From positions 11,780,001 to 11,844,000 of the forward strand of contig CM022665.1 of assembly GCA_012295275.1 (NCBI GenBank): a stretch of 64,000 nucleotides of DNA, written 5' to 3'. This stretch comes from Chrysomallon squamiferum (taxonomy: Eukaryota; Animalia; Mollusca). Within the stretch, counting starts at the first letter, position 1; the number at the start of each line of letters is the position of its first letter. The position numbers were made by a program, and so were the translations under genes. Shown here piece by piece: positions 42,037 to 56,988 of this stretch. The notes under the pieces were generated by a model that was given only the letters and a program-made list of their open reading frames with translations, was not told the DNA's origin and did not search any database.

Positions 42037-42151
42037 GCCAAGGACTAAAAAGTAAGAAAAAAACTTAAAAACATCTTTAGTAACATTAATAACATGGTTT
42101 TTTTCACAGAATATTTATTTACTGTTGTAATAAATAATATATATATATATG

Positions 42152-42203
42152 TTTTAATTGTTGTTTCTTTTATATATATATATAAAAGAAACAACAATTA
42201 AAA
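42152..42203. repeat. Perfect 52-bp palindrome centred on (AT)6
   Basis: ttttaattgttgtttctttt-atatatatatat-aaaagaaacaacaattaaaa equals its own reverse complement. Confidence 0.95.
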
Positions 42204-42528
42204 AATTGTTTTTAAAGATTCATGAAAAGATCATAATTATTAAAAAAAAAAAAAAGAAAATAGAAAGAAAGAAAAAAAAAATTAAATTGGCTTTGCTTTA
42301 AACACTGTTTAGTAAAGAAATGACATCTGTATTTCCTTATACCATTCAAGCGTGAAGCACGTACTGTGATGTAAACACCTGCGTTGTACAGATGAAAAAA
42401 CCGACAGAGTGTGACCTGTGGGCGTGGTTTTTAAATTGAAATGTGGAAATACAATCTGTCGTAGTTATACAGCGCCATTATAAAATATGTGATATTTTTA
42501 ATACATGTATGACGATAATGTTTTTCGT

Positions 42529-42531
<3 letters not shown>

Positions 42532-42598
<67 letters not shown>
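42532..42598. repeat. (CT)n microsatellite
   Basis: Directly visible. Confidence 0.95.
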
Positions 42599-42600
<2 letters not shown>

Positions 42601-43085
42601 GTGTGTGTTTGAGTGTGTATTAGTACATATATTAGTATACATTTTTTAAAAACGATATGTTTTAATTCTTAAATATGTTATGCATATGTACACACTTGAT
42701 GTTAAAATCTACATACCAATGTTAAAATATTATAATAGTCCCTTGTTGACAAATCTAACATATTTAGTGAGATTCATCAACATGATGAAGAGAACAATTT
42801 AAACATATCATTATTATAATTTTTATGTTGATGAATTCATTACATTTCTGACGATTTAATCGTCACAATTATTTATCATCGTCATCGTTATTACCGCCAT
42901 CTTTTGATTTGTGAAAATGAAGGCCTATATTCAGTGGAAAACAAATTGAAATTAGTCTCAGAAAAGAAATCAAAGATGATAAATATAATAAATAAACCAA
43001 GAAAAAGAAAAAAACAAAAAGGAAACAACGTTAGAAACAAAGAACGAAAAAATAATAAATAAATAAATAAATAAACAGTCGATAC

Positions 43086-43126
<41 letters not shown>

Positions 43127-43144
43127 GTAACAAAAGTAAAAAAA

Positions 43145-43179
<35 letters not shown>

Positions 43180-43407
43180 AATAAAATAAAATAAAATAAA
43201 ATAAAAAAAAAAAACAATATAACAAATCAAACAAAACAAAACTAAACTAAATAAATAAAGTTTACTACAAATATTTAATGCCTGTCTCTCTTGTGTTTAT
43301 TATATCAAATATTTGTGCTCGAATCTCATCAGTTAGTCTGCTGTGCTCTATCTGCTATTACGACATACAGATTCTGTGTTATGCAAGACACAATCGCTAA
43401 TGGTGAT

Positions 43408-43482
43408 AAAGATAGGGACCGTTCCATACATTATCTTCAGGGGTGATGCCCGAAAGATAGGGACCGTTCCATAAATTATCTT
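43408..43482. repeat. Direct repeat, two 30-bp copies at period 45
   Basis: aaagatagggaccgttccata(c/a)attatctt at 43408 and 43453. Confidence 0.9.
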
Positions 43483-43616
43483 TACCATATCAGGGGGTTC
43501 GGAGAGGATGGCTGATTCTCAGTTATTTTTTAATCTTGAACGGATGCTGACCTTTAAGTAAATAATTATCATTTTGTTGTTTCTGTAATTTGTGTTTATT
43601 TTCGAATAGTTTGACA

Positions 43617-43656
<40 letters not shown>

Positions 43657-43848
43657 ATTATTATTATTATATTCATTTAATTTTTCATTTAATTTTATAA
43701 AAATTTATTTTATTTTGTTCTTTCGTTCATACTTTCTTTCTGTTTCATACATTTATTTAATTTTTCTCTTATTTACTACCTTTACATAGGTATCTCATTA
43801 AAAGTACAGGAAATAATGATTATGATTATGATGATGAGGATGATGATG

Positions 43849-43881
<33 letters not shown>

Positions 43882-44738
43882 GTAACAACAACAACAATAA
43901 CAAACATCAAAACAGTTAAAAATGTTTATGGCCATGAATAATTTTATCTTCAATAAATAAATATAAATATATATACAATTCTTGTTCAGTCTTAAATTCA
44001 ACACTATAAAAACTAACCATTATTAGTGCTATAAAAAAGCGTAATAAATTTAGTTTTCTTTCAGAATGTAATAAAGTTAATGCTGTCAGGGTAATATTTT
44101 ATGATATACAACGTATATATAAAATAAATAAATAAATAAATAAATAAATATACGAATGTGGTCACTGAGCTAAGCACGTGTACTATATAGATAATTTTGA
44201 TTAACAATAAATTATGTACATAATTATAAGACTTAGTAAATAATGAAATTTAATTCTATAAGCTAGAAACGAAGATCTGAATGTAAAATTAATACTTTTT
44301 TTTTTAAATTTAAAATTTTAATTTTGAGCCAGAATAAAAATCACACATTACACCTTTCATACAAATGATTACCTTCACCCGAAATTAACATTTAATGAAA
44401 CTTGACACATTACATGACATCAAGTTTATTTCAACGAACATGGTGGTATTTGCATTATTTCCTATGTTTTTATAATTATCTCAAGAGGAAGAGAATACTC
44501 AACTCGTGGTTTCTAAGGGGTTTTGGTTATCGGCGTTGTTATTTGTGTTGTGCGTGACACTGCTTGAGAACGAAAAAAAAAAAAACCCCCAGAAACTGTC
44601 AAGTTCGTTTTGTTTGAATGTGGATCTTGTTCAACGCTTATGAGCGCTGAAATCGAGGCTTTTATGAGACAGCGAAACAAGAAAACGAATCATAGCATTT
44701 GGGCCAATGAGTTCAAACGTTTCGTTTGCATTCTTTTT

Positions 44739-44778
<40 letters not shown>

Positions 44779-44941
44779 ACCTGTGTCGGTTGTCAAGTTT
44801 TAGTTCTTGTCGTCTGAGACATGATCAAGGTATTTTTTGCCGGATGTGGTGGAGACGTCGCCTATGACGCATTTCCGGTCAGGTGATAAGAATAATGTTT
44901 TGAAAAAGAAAAGGAGTGAAGGTCTGTGATAAATGTAGTTC

Positions 44942-44995
<54 letters not shown>

Positions 44996-45070
44996 TATAA
45001 CAATATCTATAACAACAAAATAATACTAATGCTAATAATAATAATAATAAAAACAACATCTATAACAACA

Positions 45071-45102
<32 letters not shown>

Positions 45103-46024
45103 GCAATAACAATAAACACAGATGATGATAATGATGATGAAAATTAATAACATTAAAGACATTAATAATAATAATAATAATGATAAAGCTATAGTAACAA
45201 CAGTAACAGTAATAATAATAATAACATCTGTAATAATAATAATTCTGATATCTTCATCAGCGCGAAATACGTATTGTTCAAAATGTTATAGTTTTAACAG
45301 TACAGAGATGCAGTTTAAATATTTTCTGTTATGCATTTACGTGTTGAAAAATATTATATTATTATAAACATTTATGTCTTATTTTATTATTAATTTTGTT
45401 TCTAAAAATCTTATTAATTTAATAAAAAAAAAAAAAAATATTATAAATTGTCATTTGCTCCATCAGTAATAAGCAAAGTGATTAATCCCTTAGTGACTCG
45501 GAGGTCAGATGTATCCCCCCTAGGTCAAATTTATTTCTGGAATAAAGAGATCGATATTACAGGATTTATTAACAGGAAGAGCTTCTGATATTTAAATTGC
45601 GTGAAAAATATTCAAGGCTAGATACCTATTTATATCTTTTCTACGATTTAATTTTTTTTTTTTTTTTTTTTTTTATTTATAATAAATAACTTAGTAATTT
45701 TATGTGTAGCGTGTAAGCAACATATAAGAAAGAAAAACAAAGGAGATGAAATTTTATTTTTTAAACAATAAATTTCGTTAGTTTCATTTCTCGTGTTTAG
45801 GCGAAAGTTATTATTATCTTATTTTAAAAATAGCAACAGAATATATATTAAGTATTTACTTATTTTTACACACATATATATGTGATTTATTATTTTGAAT
45901 TTTATTTAATTGTATTTAATTGTATTTAACTGTATTAATTTTATTTATTTATTTTATTTCCCCTTGTGTCTGTTCGTTCGATTGTCTGTTTGTTCATTTA
46001 TCTATTATATTTTATTTTATTTCC

Positions 46025-46060
<36 letters not shown>

Positions 46061-46500
46061 TTTTGTATTTAGCTATACTAACTACTATTTATGTATCTTA
46101 GACATATACATACCTGCACACAAGCATCCGCACGCGCACTATCCAAACATATTTTATTATTAATACCTTTGTAATTAATTACTTAAATAGCTCGGTAACA
46201 ACCCTTATAATAGTAATAATTACAAGCAGATGTCCTTAGGAAAAAAAAAACAACAAATAAATAAAATCTAGTTTAAACAAACTCCAATGAAGTTTTCGAG
46301 GCCGTAGCTCGAGTCTGTTTATCTGATGCAAACACTAAACTCTGTCTGTTTGTGATCGCAAAATATTGATAGTAAAAAGTAAACATCCCATGACATTAAG
46401 AGGTCCAAACCATATAACCCAGCGACTCTAGTTTTAATGCACATTAGACGCATAACAATCAACGTGCACGGTCTGGGCCAAGAGAGTCGGGTGGATGAAG

Positions 46501-46542
<42 letters not shown>

Positions 46543-46651
46543 GGGTGGATAAAAATACCCGGGTGTGGTTCGTTTTATTTTTTTTTTCCCTTGTGAAAAA
46601 TGTGAAGCGTTAGAGAAGGAAGACGCATTTGTTTGCTGGATGTTTTTAGGT

Positions 46652-46690
<39 letters not shown>

Positions 46691-47343
46691 GTTTTTTTTT
46701 TTTTTTTTTTTTTTTTTATTATTATTACTGAGAAATTAGATAATTATTTATAGTGTATCATGCGTTTTTGTAGATTTTTTAAATTATTATTTTCATTATT
46801 ATTTTAATTATTTAGGTAAAATGAGGTATGTACAGGTTGAGAATCCTTTATTCGAAATGCTTAGGATGGGAAGTATTTCGGATTTCGCAGTTTTTCTGAC
46901 TTTTTTTAATATAAGGAGAATATGATCTAAGTCTACATACGAAATCAGTTGTATAAATAATCTGCAGGATTTTTTTTTTTATATAATATTTTTGATAATT
47001 TTGGGCATATAATAAAGTTTGTGTATGCAAGACAATCTGAAAACTGTAAGATATCACTATTTTTGCTATTCGGAAAACGTTTCGGATTTAGGAATTTCAG
47101 AACTGAAGGGTGTATGTATGTGAGTTTAAGCTGTGGTTTGTGAAAGAAGAAGATACAAAAAGAAGCAAAGAAACAGAATAAGAGCTAAATTTAAAGATAG
47201 AAACATAAAGATAGTTATATTATTATTTTATGTAATAAAAATCGTAATTTAAGATATAGTACATATAATGGTATTAAATTAAATACATCCTTGTAAATCA
47301 AATAATAATTAAAATATATCTAATAATAATAATAATAATAATA

Positions 47344-47379
<36 letters not shown>

Positions 47380-47495
47380 CAAATAATATAATAAATAGCA
47401 GAAAATGTACAGTATTTATAAATACCTAGCAATAATTCTAAAAATACTCGCTATTGTTGTTGTTGTTGTTATTTTTACCAGCATCATCAGTATTA

Positions 47496-47535
<40 letters not shown>

Positions 47536-48022
47536 ATATCTTTACATTCATCATCATCGTCATCATTATCATTATTCACAATAAATAACTTTCACCCTAA
47601 CCCGTATTTCAATAAATAAAACAATTAACATACGTCCCTTTCACTAAACGTATACTGAACGCATATCAGGAAGAGCGTTCCTGGTTAATTTATAAATCTT
47701 TGAAAAATGTCAGATTATTCTAGTATTCAATCAGCATTTTTTTTTTTCTAACCAACGTTGGTTTGAAATGACAAATCCTTTCTCTTGCTTAAAACATAAA
47801 ACAAAGAAAACTGTTTGTCTGTATTTATTAAAAAATGGAAATATAATACTGGTATATGTGAAGATTATTATCTCGACTGTTTTGGTTTGGTAAACAGAAG
47901 AAAAATCTCTAACGTGACATTTTCTTTTGCTGTTTTGTTTGATGAGGCTTCGTATTTGTCAAGCGTTGATGCTAATTAAAATACATCTTTTGTTGATGTA
48001 TTCAGTTTCCCCCCCCCCCGGG

Positions 48023-48079
<57 letters not shown>

Positions 48080-49237
48080 CTATTGTTACATATTTTTGTA
48101 TTTGTTTTGTTCTTTATCTTGTTTGGACGTTGCAAATTTATGTTTACTACTACTAGATACTGTTCATAACAATAACAATAATAATGAAACAAATTTTTAG
48201 TAATAATCATAATAATAATAATCTAGTACTACTGTCATTATTATCATCATCATTATAATCTTACTGTTAAACTCATTTAATAACATAATCATCATAGAAA
48301 CAAAGGCAAAAATGAAATTATATATAAAGGAAGGAACAAACGAACGTACTGTCTACGTATATATGTATATATGTATGTATGTATGTATGGGTTTGTATGT
48401 ATGTGCGCATATGTGTATGCATAATAATGTATGCATGCATGCATGTATGTATGTGTTTGTGTATGTATGTATGGAAGCATATATGTTACTGTTTTGTTTA
48501 CTGCTATATTTTTTGTTGGTAATTTTCTTTTAGATGTGACTATATGTGTGTGTTTATATGTCTATGTGCCTAAGTTTACATGCACTAAGTTTATCAGTAC
48601 TGCTGATAACAAACGAACAGTGTACTCAATACCTGACACATATATCACTGTTGCGTAACCGATCTAACTCGTAAATCTGTTCCTCGTCTTTTAATTACGT
48701 ACCCGTTAGGTGATAAATTTCTGTGTTCTTAGCAATTCACTAACAATTCATATATACACGAAACTTAAAAACCTGATCATTGCAAAACTAGCGTGAAAGC
48801 AAACTTGTCCACGGGGCAAACAACAACAACAACAACAACAACACAGACACTAATTAGAAATTGTTTCCTTTCTTGTTAAAAAAAAAAACACCTTTAAGAG
48901 GTAACTTGATGGTGGAAGGAGTAACCCAGCCAACCGCGAAGGCGTCAAAGGCTCTAAAAAACAAAACACAATGTGTCATAATTTGCTAGCCGTTAATAAC
49001 ACATTAGTGTTAACTACTATGTTTTTATAACCAATCAACCGTTTGAAATCCTGCTTGAAGGTTTAAGTACGCTAGTCATGGAGCCTGTTATCATTTGGCG
49101 AGACGTTAATGAAATATTCCAGGTGATAGAGTATAAGTTGTATTGTACCAATGTGACTATAGTAATCCAAAAACTTTATAATTATTAATTTGTCGCTAGT
49201 ACTATTACTATTACTACTACTGCTCTACTGCTACAAC

Positions 49238-49326
<89 letters not shown>

Positions 49327-49949
49327 GACAAGCAAGCAATTATAATTTACATTGATTCTGAGCTCAGATAACAAGTTTATTTTTCAAGGGTTTTTACGCT
49401 GACGTATCTGAAAACATCGCTTCTAATCCATCTGTCAATAAATTACCAAAAATACCAAATCTGTCTTTCAGTTACTAAATCAGAGAACATTTTAATATGA
49501 TTAACTAGTGTTCCACCACATTTGCACGTGCTACATCGAACACGTGCCATTTTATGACCAAACATGACAGATACATGACATGCGCACGTGCATCTTCCGG
49601 TCGAGCAATACGTTAACTGTCACGTTAGCAATGGCGGCCATCATGGGATCGGTTCGATTCTTTTCAGAGAACACGATTTTCTTTATGAAATTCACATACT
49701 CACCGACAACAACAACAATAATAACAAAAATAAATTAATTACATTATTACTTTCATTTTTGCTTTGTTAACGGACTAATAGGTTATTCTCTAAAACGTTT
49801 TCGAATCAGTGAAGTTATTTCAGTACAACAAATTAAAGATAAAATTTGTTTCATTGTGACTAGTCATTCCTTACTTCAAATATACTGAACATTTATATTA
49901 ACACATATATTTATAGTGTTCCTTTTTGTCATTGTAATATTCATTATTA

Positions 49950-50144
49950 TTATTATTATTATTATTACTGTTGTTGTTGCACTCTCTTTTTTTAATTATT
50001 ATTATTGTTTTTAAAGATATAATTTTAAAATATTTATTTATTTATTATTATTATTATTACTGTTGTTGTTGCACTCTCTTTTTTTAATTATTATTATTGT
50101 TTTTAAAGATATAATTTTACAATATTTATTTATTTATTATTATT
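49950..50144. repeat. Tandem duplication, 92-bp unit, about 2 copies
   Basis: actgttgttgttgcactctc...aaagatataatttta(a/c)aatatttatt recurs at 49967 and 50059 with one substitution seen. Confidence 0.9.
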
Positions 50145-51606
50145 AATTTTTGCTGTTATTGTTTGTTTTTGTCGATATTTGGTAGCAGTGGCGATATTTA
50201 CAGTAACTGTTATTGATGATGATGATGTAATAATAGCAGTTTGTTGGTAATACAAAAATCAAATGATTTTAATATAAAAAAAAAATTAGAGAAATTAATG
50301 GACAAGATTTATCATTAGCTTTTACTGATAACTTCTGAAAAACCTTGTCTTAATTAATAGTTTAGAACTCGGTGACAAAGACGAAATTAATTGGTGGAAC
50401 ACTGATTAAAAAACAGCAACAATCCACTATTTGTTAACGTAATCAATATTATGAAACTGCCTCACTTTGTTACGTTTTTCTGTTCTCTTTACGTTTTTAC
50501 TTTTCTGTCGAGAACTCGACGAGTGAATTTTAAAATGGTTTTGCACTTGAAAAAGAGAGGCATGCGGAAAACCGTCTTCTTATTCTTGTGGCTTATTTTT
50601 TTAAATTTTGCTGCATATTTATTAAAGTTATTTAAAAAAAAAAAATCAATAATAATAATAATAATTTTCTGTGTTTTAAACATGTTATTTTGTCTAAGGT
50701 ATTTGATAGTAAAAACACGTGGCAAAAAACGTTCCTATTCACGTTATGTTTCCTTACTTTTTTCTTCGTTTCTTTCTTTTAATTTATTTTTTTTCTTTCT
50801 TTGTAGCCTTCATTCTTTCATTTTCTCTTTATTCATTCAGTATTTCTATCGTTTCTTTTCTTTCTTCTGTTCTTTCGTTTTCTTTACATGTTTCTCTTCC
50901 TTCCTTTCTTTATTTTCGTTTCTCGACACTGACAGATAGATTTCGAAATGTTATTTCTCTACAACATTAAAATTTTGCGATTAATAATTATTATGTATGT
51001 AAGAATGTACAAGACAACACACCAAATTTGTGTGGTGGATCATTTTGATACAATAAATATTAGACTTAACAAATTCTCGAAATACTGCAATACTGGTAAT
51101 TTCCATATTATGCCAGAAACAGCCGGAAATTTATAATTAGGAGCAACCTCAAATATCGCTATTCCGAAAATTTGCGAAAGCATCACGTCATATTTCGCGA
51201 CCAATCAAATTTCTGACTGTAGTCACCTTGGTGAAATATAATAACGAGTTGTTCAGTATCAGTGATTCAGTTTAGACTACGCATGCTCATTAATTTGATC
51301 CGAATCTTCTTATTATTATTATTATCATCATCATCATCATCATTATCATCATTAAAGTAGCAGTAGTAATAGCAGCAGCAGCAGCAGTAATAATAATGGT
51401 TGTCTGTAGTTTCAATAACAGAAAGGATTTGAAATTGTGTACAAGGATTTTAAAATTCATGTTAATAGTCCCTCCATCTTGTCGTTACTGCGATAAACGA
51501 GTTCTGTAACGGATGTAGCCTGTGGAAACGTGACTGTTATCAGAAAAATTATTCTGTTGCTGTCGTCAAAGAAAAACTCTTGTATTGTTAAACACAAAGT
51601 CCCCAA

Positions 51607-51626
51607 GATAGATAGATAGATAGATA

Positions 51627-51700
<74 letters not shown>
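51607..51700. repeat. (GATA)n-(GA)n microsatellite
   Basis: Directly visible. Confidence 0.95.
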
Positions 51701-51702
<2 letters not shown>

Positions 51703-51936
51703 TCTTCATCCTTTATGTATATATGAATGTATGTACGTATGTTTTTTTTATTTATATATATTGCACACCCCCCACTGACACACACACACACAATGCAATC
51801 CCGCTAACAGATTTTCTTTTAAAAATACTTTTTTTTTTTGAAATTCGTAGACCAGAATATTTTATTTACTTTGTAATATTTACTCTCTATGGTCAGCTGC
51901 ATAAGTCTATATTTAGCTAGATATTTACATAAAACC

Positions 51937-51978
<42 letters not shown>

Positions 51979-52411
51979 ATGTATCCGATATCCCGTTTCT
52001 AGTGTAGCAAGCAATACAAGTCATTTATAACGTAGCAAACAATCCGAATTACATAAAATTTGGTTTAAAATATTTCCACCGAGCCACCATAAAGTCATAA
52101 TATTTCGTGAAGTCCAATTTTGACCTGAAATCACGTCGATAATAAAAATGTCAGATGAGCTTGTTTTACTGCAGTCTGGGCCCGCTCATAAAACTAACAA
52201 GTACGTAATAATTGGCGCGTCTCTCGCGGCCCTTCTCAACGACGTAAAACGCGGAGTAACTGCTCGGCAAATTGCTGTTAGCTGCTGACCCAGTCCCCCT
52301 TTTTTATGCGGTCACCGCTTTGCCGTCTATCAGGGTTCCCTTGAGAATTATTAAATTTTTACGTGTCAGAATATGAGAGAGAGAAAAAAAAAAACTGCAA
52401 GAGAACTGGAT

Positions 52412-52414
<3 letters not shown>

Positions 52415-52505
<91 letters not shown>
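52415..52505. repeat. (AG)n microsatellite
   Basis: Directly visible. Confidence 0.95.
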
Positions 52506-52507
<2 letters not shown>

Positions 52508-54599
52508 TATGAATGAAAAAACAGAAAGTAGAAATATTAACAGATAATCATATTGATTGGATGGGAAAATAATTTCGATTTGCGTCTCTATTTTTGTTTT
52601 GCAATTAATTTTCTTTATTTAAGAGTCTTTTTTTTTTTTTTCTTCTGAATAGATTGCGTTTTCTTCTTAATTAATATTTCAACCGTGAATGGAAAAAAAA
52701 AAAAAAGGTAGATAATTCAAATGTTATATTGCTATAAAATATAATTCATCGAACGAGTGACAAAATTCAGGTTAAAGATCTACATTTCATGTTTCATGAG
52801 TTGATATCAACCTTATTTATGTATCAGATTATTTTTATTGGAACATATAAAAACAAACTGTTAACATGTCACTTTATCTAGCAAAACTAAGTCAATGTAG
52901 ATCATAAATATTTTATGGCATACTAAAATTTTTAGGAAATAATCTGTTTTATAAATTATCATTTTATATTTCATTTTGAAAAAGAAAAGTACACTTTTGT
53001 TATTATATTGAACGATTTAAGAATACATCATAAAAACATGCATACATACACACGCACACACCTACACATGCCTACACACACATATAGGCACACATTAACA
53101 GACATACACATTATATTCATATATACATATATACATTCATACATACATATATACATTCATACATACATATATGCATTCATATATTCAAATATTTATTCAT
53201 ACGCACACACACTTCTCGACACGTACAGACATACGTACATATATACATCCACACGTACGTACGCGGGTATGTCCGTACATACGTACGTAATTACATACAC
53301 ACGCGGTATATTTTGATATTTCAATATTTGATTGAGAAGAAAAACACAATCTATTCATATTCAGAAACAAAGACAAATAATATGCTCAAAAACAAAAACA
53401 AAAACAAAAAAACTAAAATTATATTCTTTAATAACTAACTACTACGTCCATTAATGGCTTCCTGCAGACCATTTTGACATGGGAAATTGATTTTTGCAAA
53501 CTTACGTAACGTCTGTGCGACTGTGTTTAAAATATTATCTTCGAGTACGTTGTATATGCTAAGAGCTGGCGAGTATTTTGCACGCAGGTCGTGCAGTACA
53601 TACTACTAGACAAATAATTCTTACAACTGTGTGTGTACATTCGTCCGCGTTCGGCTATCAAGAGTTGTTGATAAACCTTTGCGACAACAACGTTACAGGT
53701 TACATACGAACAGTGTTGTCTTGGCGCAGTACGACCTTTCAAACTGTACTACCCATACTTTCACGTTTACTTACGAATGTCGTGGGTTTTGTAAATTCAT
53801 GTAGTTTATTTGAATAGGTGAGAAGTAACTATGTATAATGCTATTTTCTAAGGTTGTTTGCTTCTTGGTTGTTTTTTTTGTGTGTGTTTTTTTTTCGATA
53901 GTGGTATAGGTCGAACAGTTATATTATTTAAGTTAGTTTTTAAATTTAACAATAGCAAAGGTATAATAGTATTATTATTTAAATAGTGTTTGCATTATGC
54001 TTCAGATTACGTTAGTTAATAGTCGTGTAAGTAATATCGAAATGTACTGTTGTAAATGTGGCGTTAGCAAAACAAACTGATTAAATATTTAAAACGGTCA
54101 TATTTAATTATTTATCAAAGGATGGAATAGTTGAATGGATACGTTTTTATATGTCGAAGAATTTGTAAATAATAATGATGTTGATAATGATAAGAAAAAG
54201 ATAAAGAAAATGAAAACAAATAGCAAAAATAAATAACAACAACAATAATAATAATAATAATGTTAAATAGCTATAGTGCAGGTAATTACATATCTAATGT
54301 GCAATTTAAAATAATTAATACGTAAAATGGAAATAAAAATACAAAAACTTACGCACTCATATAAACTTAAAATAAAAATGAAGATTTTAATATCTAAAAA
54401 CTACATTTACTAAACACATAAATAACTCCGTATTTAATAAAGCACATTTTATTTGGACTTATTTTTATTATTATTATTATTATTTATTTTTTTTTTATTT
54501 TTTTTTTTTTTACAATTTTATTCTCAAACAATACAAAACAATTTATTATCTTTTCTATTTCCATTTTCTTATTTTTCTTTTCAAATCATTTTTAATTCT

Positions 54600-56945
54600 T
54601 GAAACATTTCCCTAACTGTTGATGAAACCTGGAAAAATACCATGGGTCAATTATCCATCGACCGCCATTTTTGTTCAGACATGTCGGATTCTGTGTAGCG
54701 ATGGTTGAGAAAAAAAAAAAAAAATCCTTCTCTTTATGCCAACGAGATGAGAATGATTGCATCTGAATGTCGAGCTGGATGGTTTGAACTATCATTTGCC
54801 AGATTACTCTGTTGTTGAGCACGTATGAGGGCAGACTGGGGCCCGTTGCCAACATATATCACGAACTAACTACATTCCAAATTTGTTAGCCTTGTATGTG
54901 AAATTGGCTCAGAATTAACTCGCCCTTTGCTTTGCTCGTCTTCTTGGGTTTATTGTATAATCAATAGTTGAAGAGCAGGGTAAACATACCCGAGTCGCTT
55001 TCCGTATTTTCCTACGGCTTCCTAAGTCAACATGCAGAAATTCAAATAAAACTCTCATATTTTACTGGTTGAAGCGAGATCTAGAGTTTGTTTTGGGTAT
55101 CAGTTCTTTCTCGGCAAGCCAGAAAAGCACACAAAACGTCGCCATTTTGGTTTCCGCATAGTCAGTTTTTCGCATTGCTTTCCTCTCGTTTTGGGGGAGA
55201 TATGTATGAAGAGTTTCTTTTGGGAAACACAGTATGAATCTTGGTTTTTTAAAATGTATGAAATGTTTCAGTCAGAGAAAGATACTGACGAGAACAACAC
55301 AGCGTTCTGCTATAAAGCAGACGGTAACGCCTTGTTTGGAAATACTAGGATAAAAAGAAGCCGAGACTGTCAGAGATATAGGTAAAGCTTTTTTTTTTTT
55401 TTTTTTTTTACAGCATATTATTAACTTTCATTCTGAAACAAACAAGTTTCATATATTCCCTTTATACATATATATGTTTATTTATTATGATTTTTTTAAA
55501 AACCTGGGATTTTTTTTTTTTTTTTTATGATTTTTTTTTTTTGTTTTGTTTTCGCTAGTTGTTGTTTTTCTTGTGTCTGCGACAAAGACTGAAACGAAGT
55601 CGCGTAATAACAAAATTTTATTGATTTTAAATTTGCCTCTTGACCTAACACGACAGCAATTTCCCCTTTAATGTTGATCCCAGGTTGTCTTGGAGGTTAC
55701 AGCGGGAGGAACTCATAAACTCAAACGTTTCGGGCACTCGTGAGCGCACTCTACGTGAAGTCTGGGTCTTTGTGTGATTCCTTGTTCGCGCGGACCGGCA
55801 GATACGACTCGGCGCACTATTTTTATCAAGTTAAAGAGTCCTGTGCCTCGGGCAGGAGCATGATCAAAACCAGAAAATTAGTTTCTTGCCAGACAATATG
55901 AAAAAGCGAATGGAGGAAACGGAAGAAAACGGGACCGAAAAGAAATAAAAACGTCCAGACAATTGCAATAGTTGATCTGTTATCGCCAGTCACTTGTAAT
56001 CGTGTTAACCCGCGGACAGTAAATGGAAAAACTCCGTTCTCTCCCAATCAAGCAGACGACTTAATTCGGATAAAAGGAGGCAAGCTGATTATTGTGATGA
56101 TGTTTCGAGGTGGAACAACGCGAGATCTCGCACCAAGCGCGTGCAATATGCTGCGATAATCTAATAGAATCCTCTACAAATTATGCAAATGATGATGGGA
56201 TTCGTTTCTTCGTCGAGGTAGTTGCGGCGAACTCGTGTTTACCGATGGTGCGGACACTGTTTGCGTATCCCGGGTCATGCAGTCGAAACAAGATGGGACT
56301 AAGCGGGAATCCATTAAGAAAAGCCTGCCTCGCGAAATCTCGGAATTTGCTATTTAATTCTCGCGGGATTTTGACCCTATCTCATTACACTACTGACTGT
56401 ATTACAACTCCTAAAAGCTTCTGACAGTAATATACAAATCCTTAAAAAGCTGATACTCTATAATCATAAACACTTAGGGATAAAGTATAACTGCTGAAAC
56501 TTTATGAAGTTTTAAACACTTAAATCCTTTTAATAATTTTATATCATATTTCCTCTGCATAATGGCTATCGTGAATTAATACTGGTACAAAGTTAGTTAT
56601 ATAAAAAAAAAAAAAAACATTTTATTATACACATTGCTATAATATATAATTATAATCTTTACAACTGTTTTGACAAACCTCTACTTTGACGTGGTGAATT
56701 TACTGAAAAAAATTAATACCTAATCGTTCAAACTTTCTGTAAGATTTATAATTACTCAGATAGTTTAACAATATAATGTTTATTTTAATTTATTTATTTT
56801 GTGTGTGTGTGTGTGTGCAATTATTCAATCCTTCTGACAGTATTATAATTACTGAACCTTATGAAAATTTATAACTATTCAAGTTTTCCGATACTGCATA
56901 ATTTGTCATACCTTTCTGGTATTTTACACTACCAAAAATTAATTG

Positions 56946-56988
<43 letters not shown>

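Noticed and set aside
43408-43482. Repeat-spacer-repeat resembling CRISPR
   Set aside because: Only two copies, a 15-bp spacer, an animal genome and no cas genes.
49645-49665. GGTTCGATTC Pol III B-box
   Set aside because: No convincing A-box, cloverleaf or SINE body.
56418-56900. Degenerate direct repeat (cttctgacagta.tata at 56418 and 56831)
   Set aside because: Short, AT-rich and consistent with an old local duplication; no further signal.
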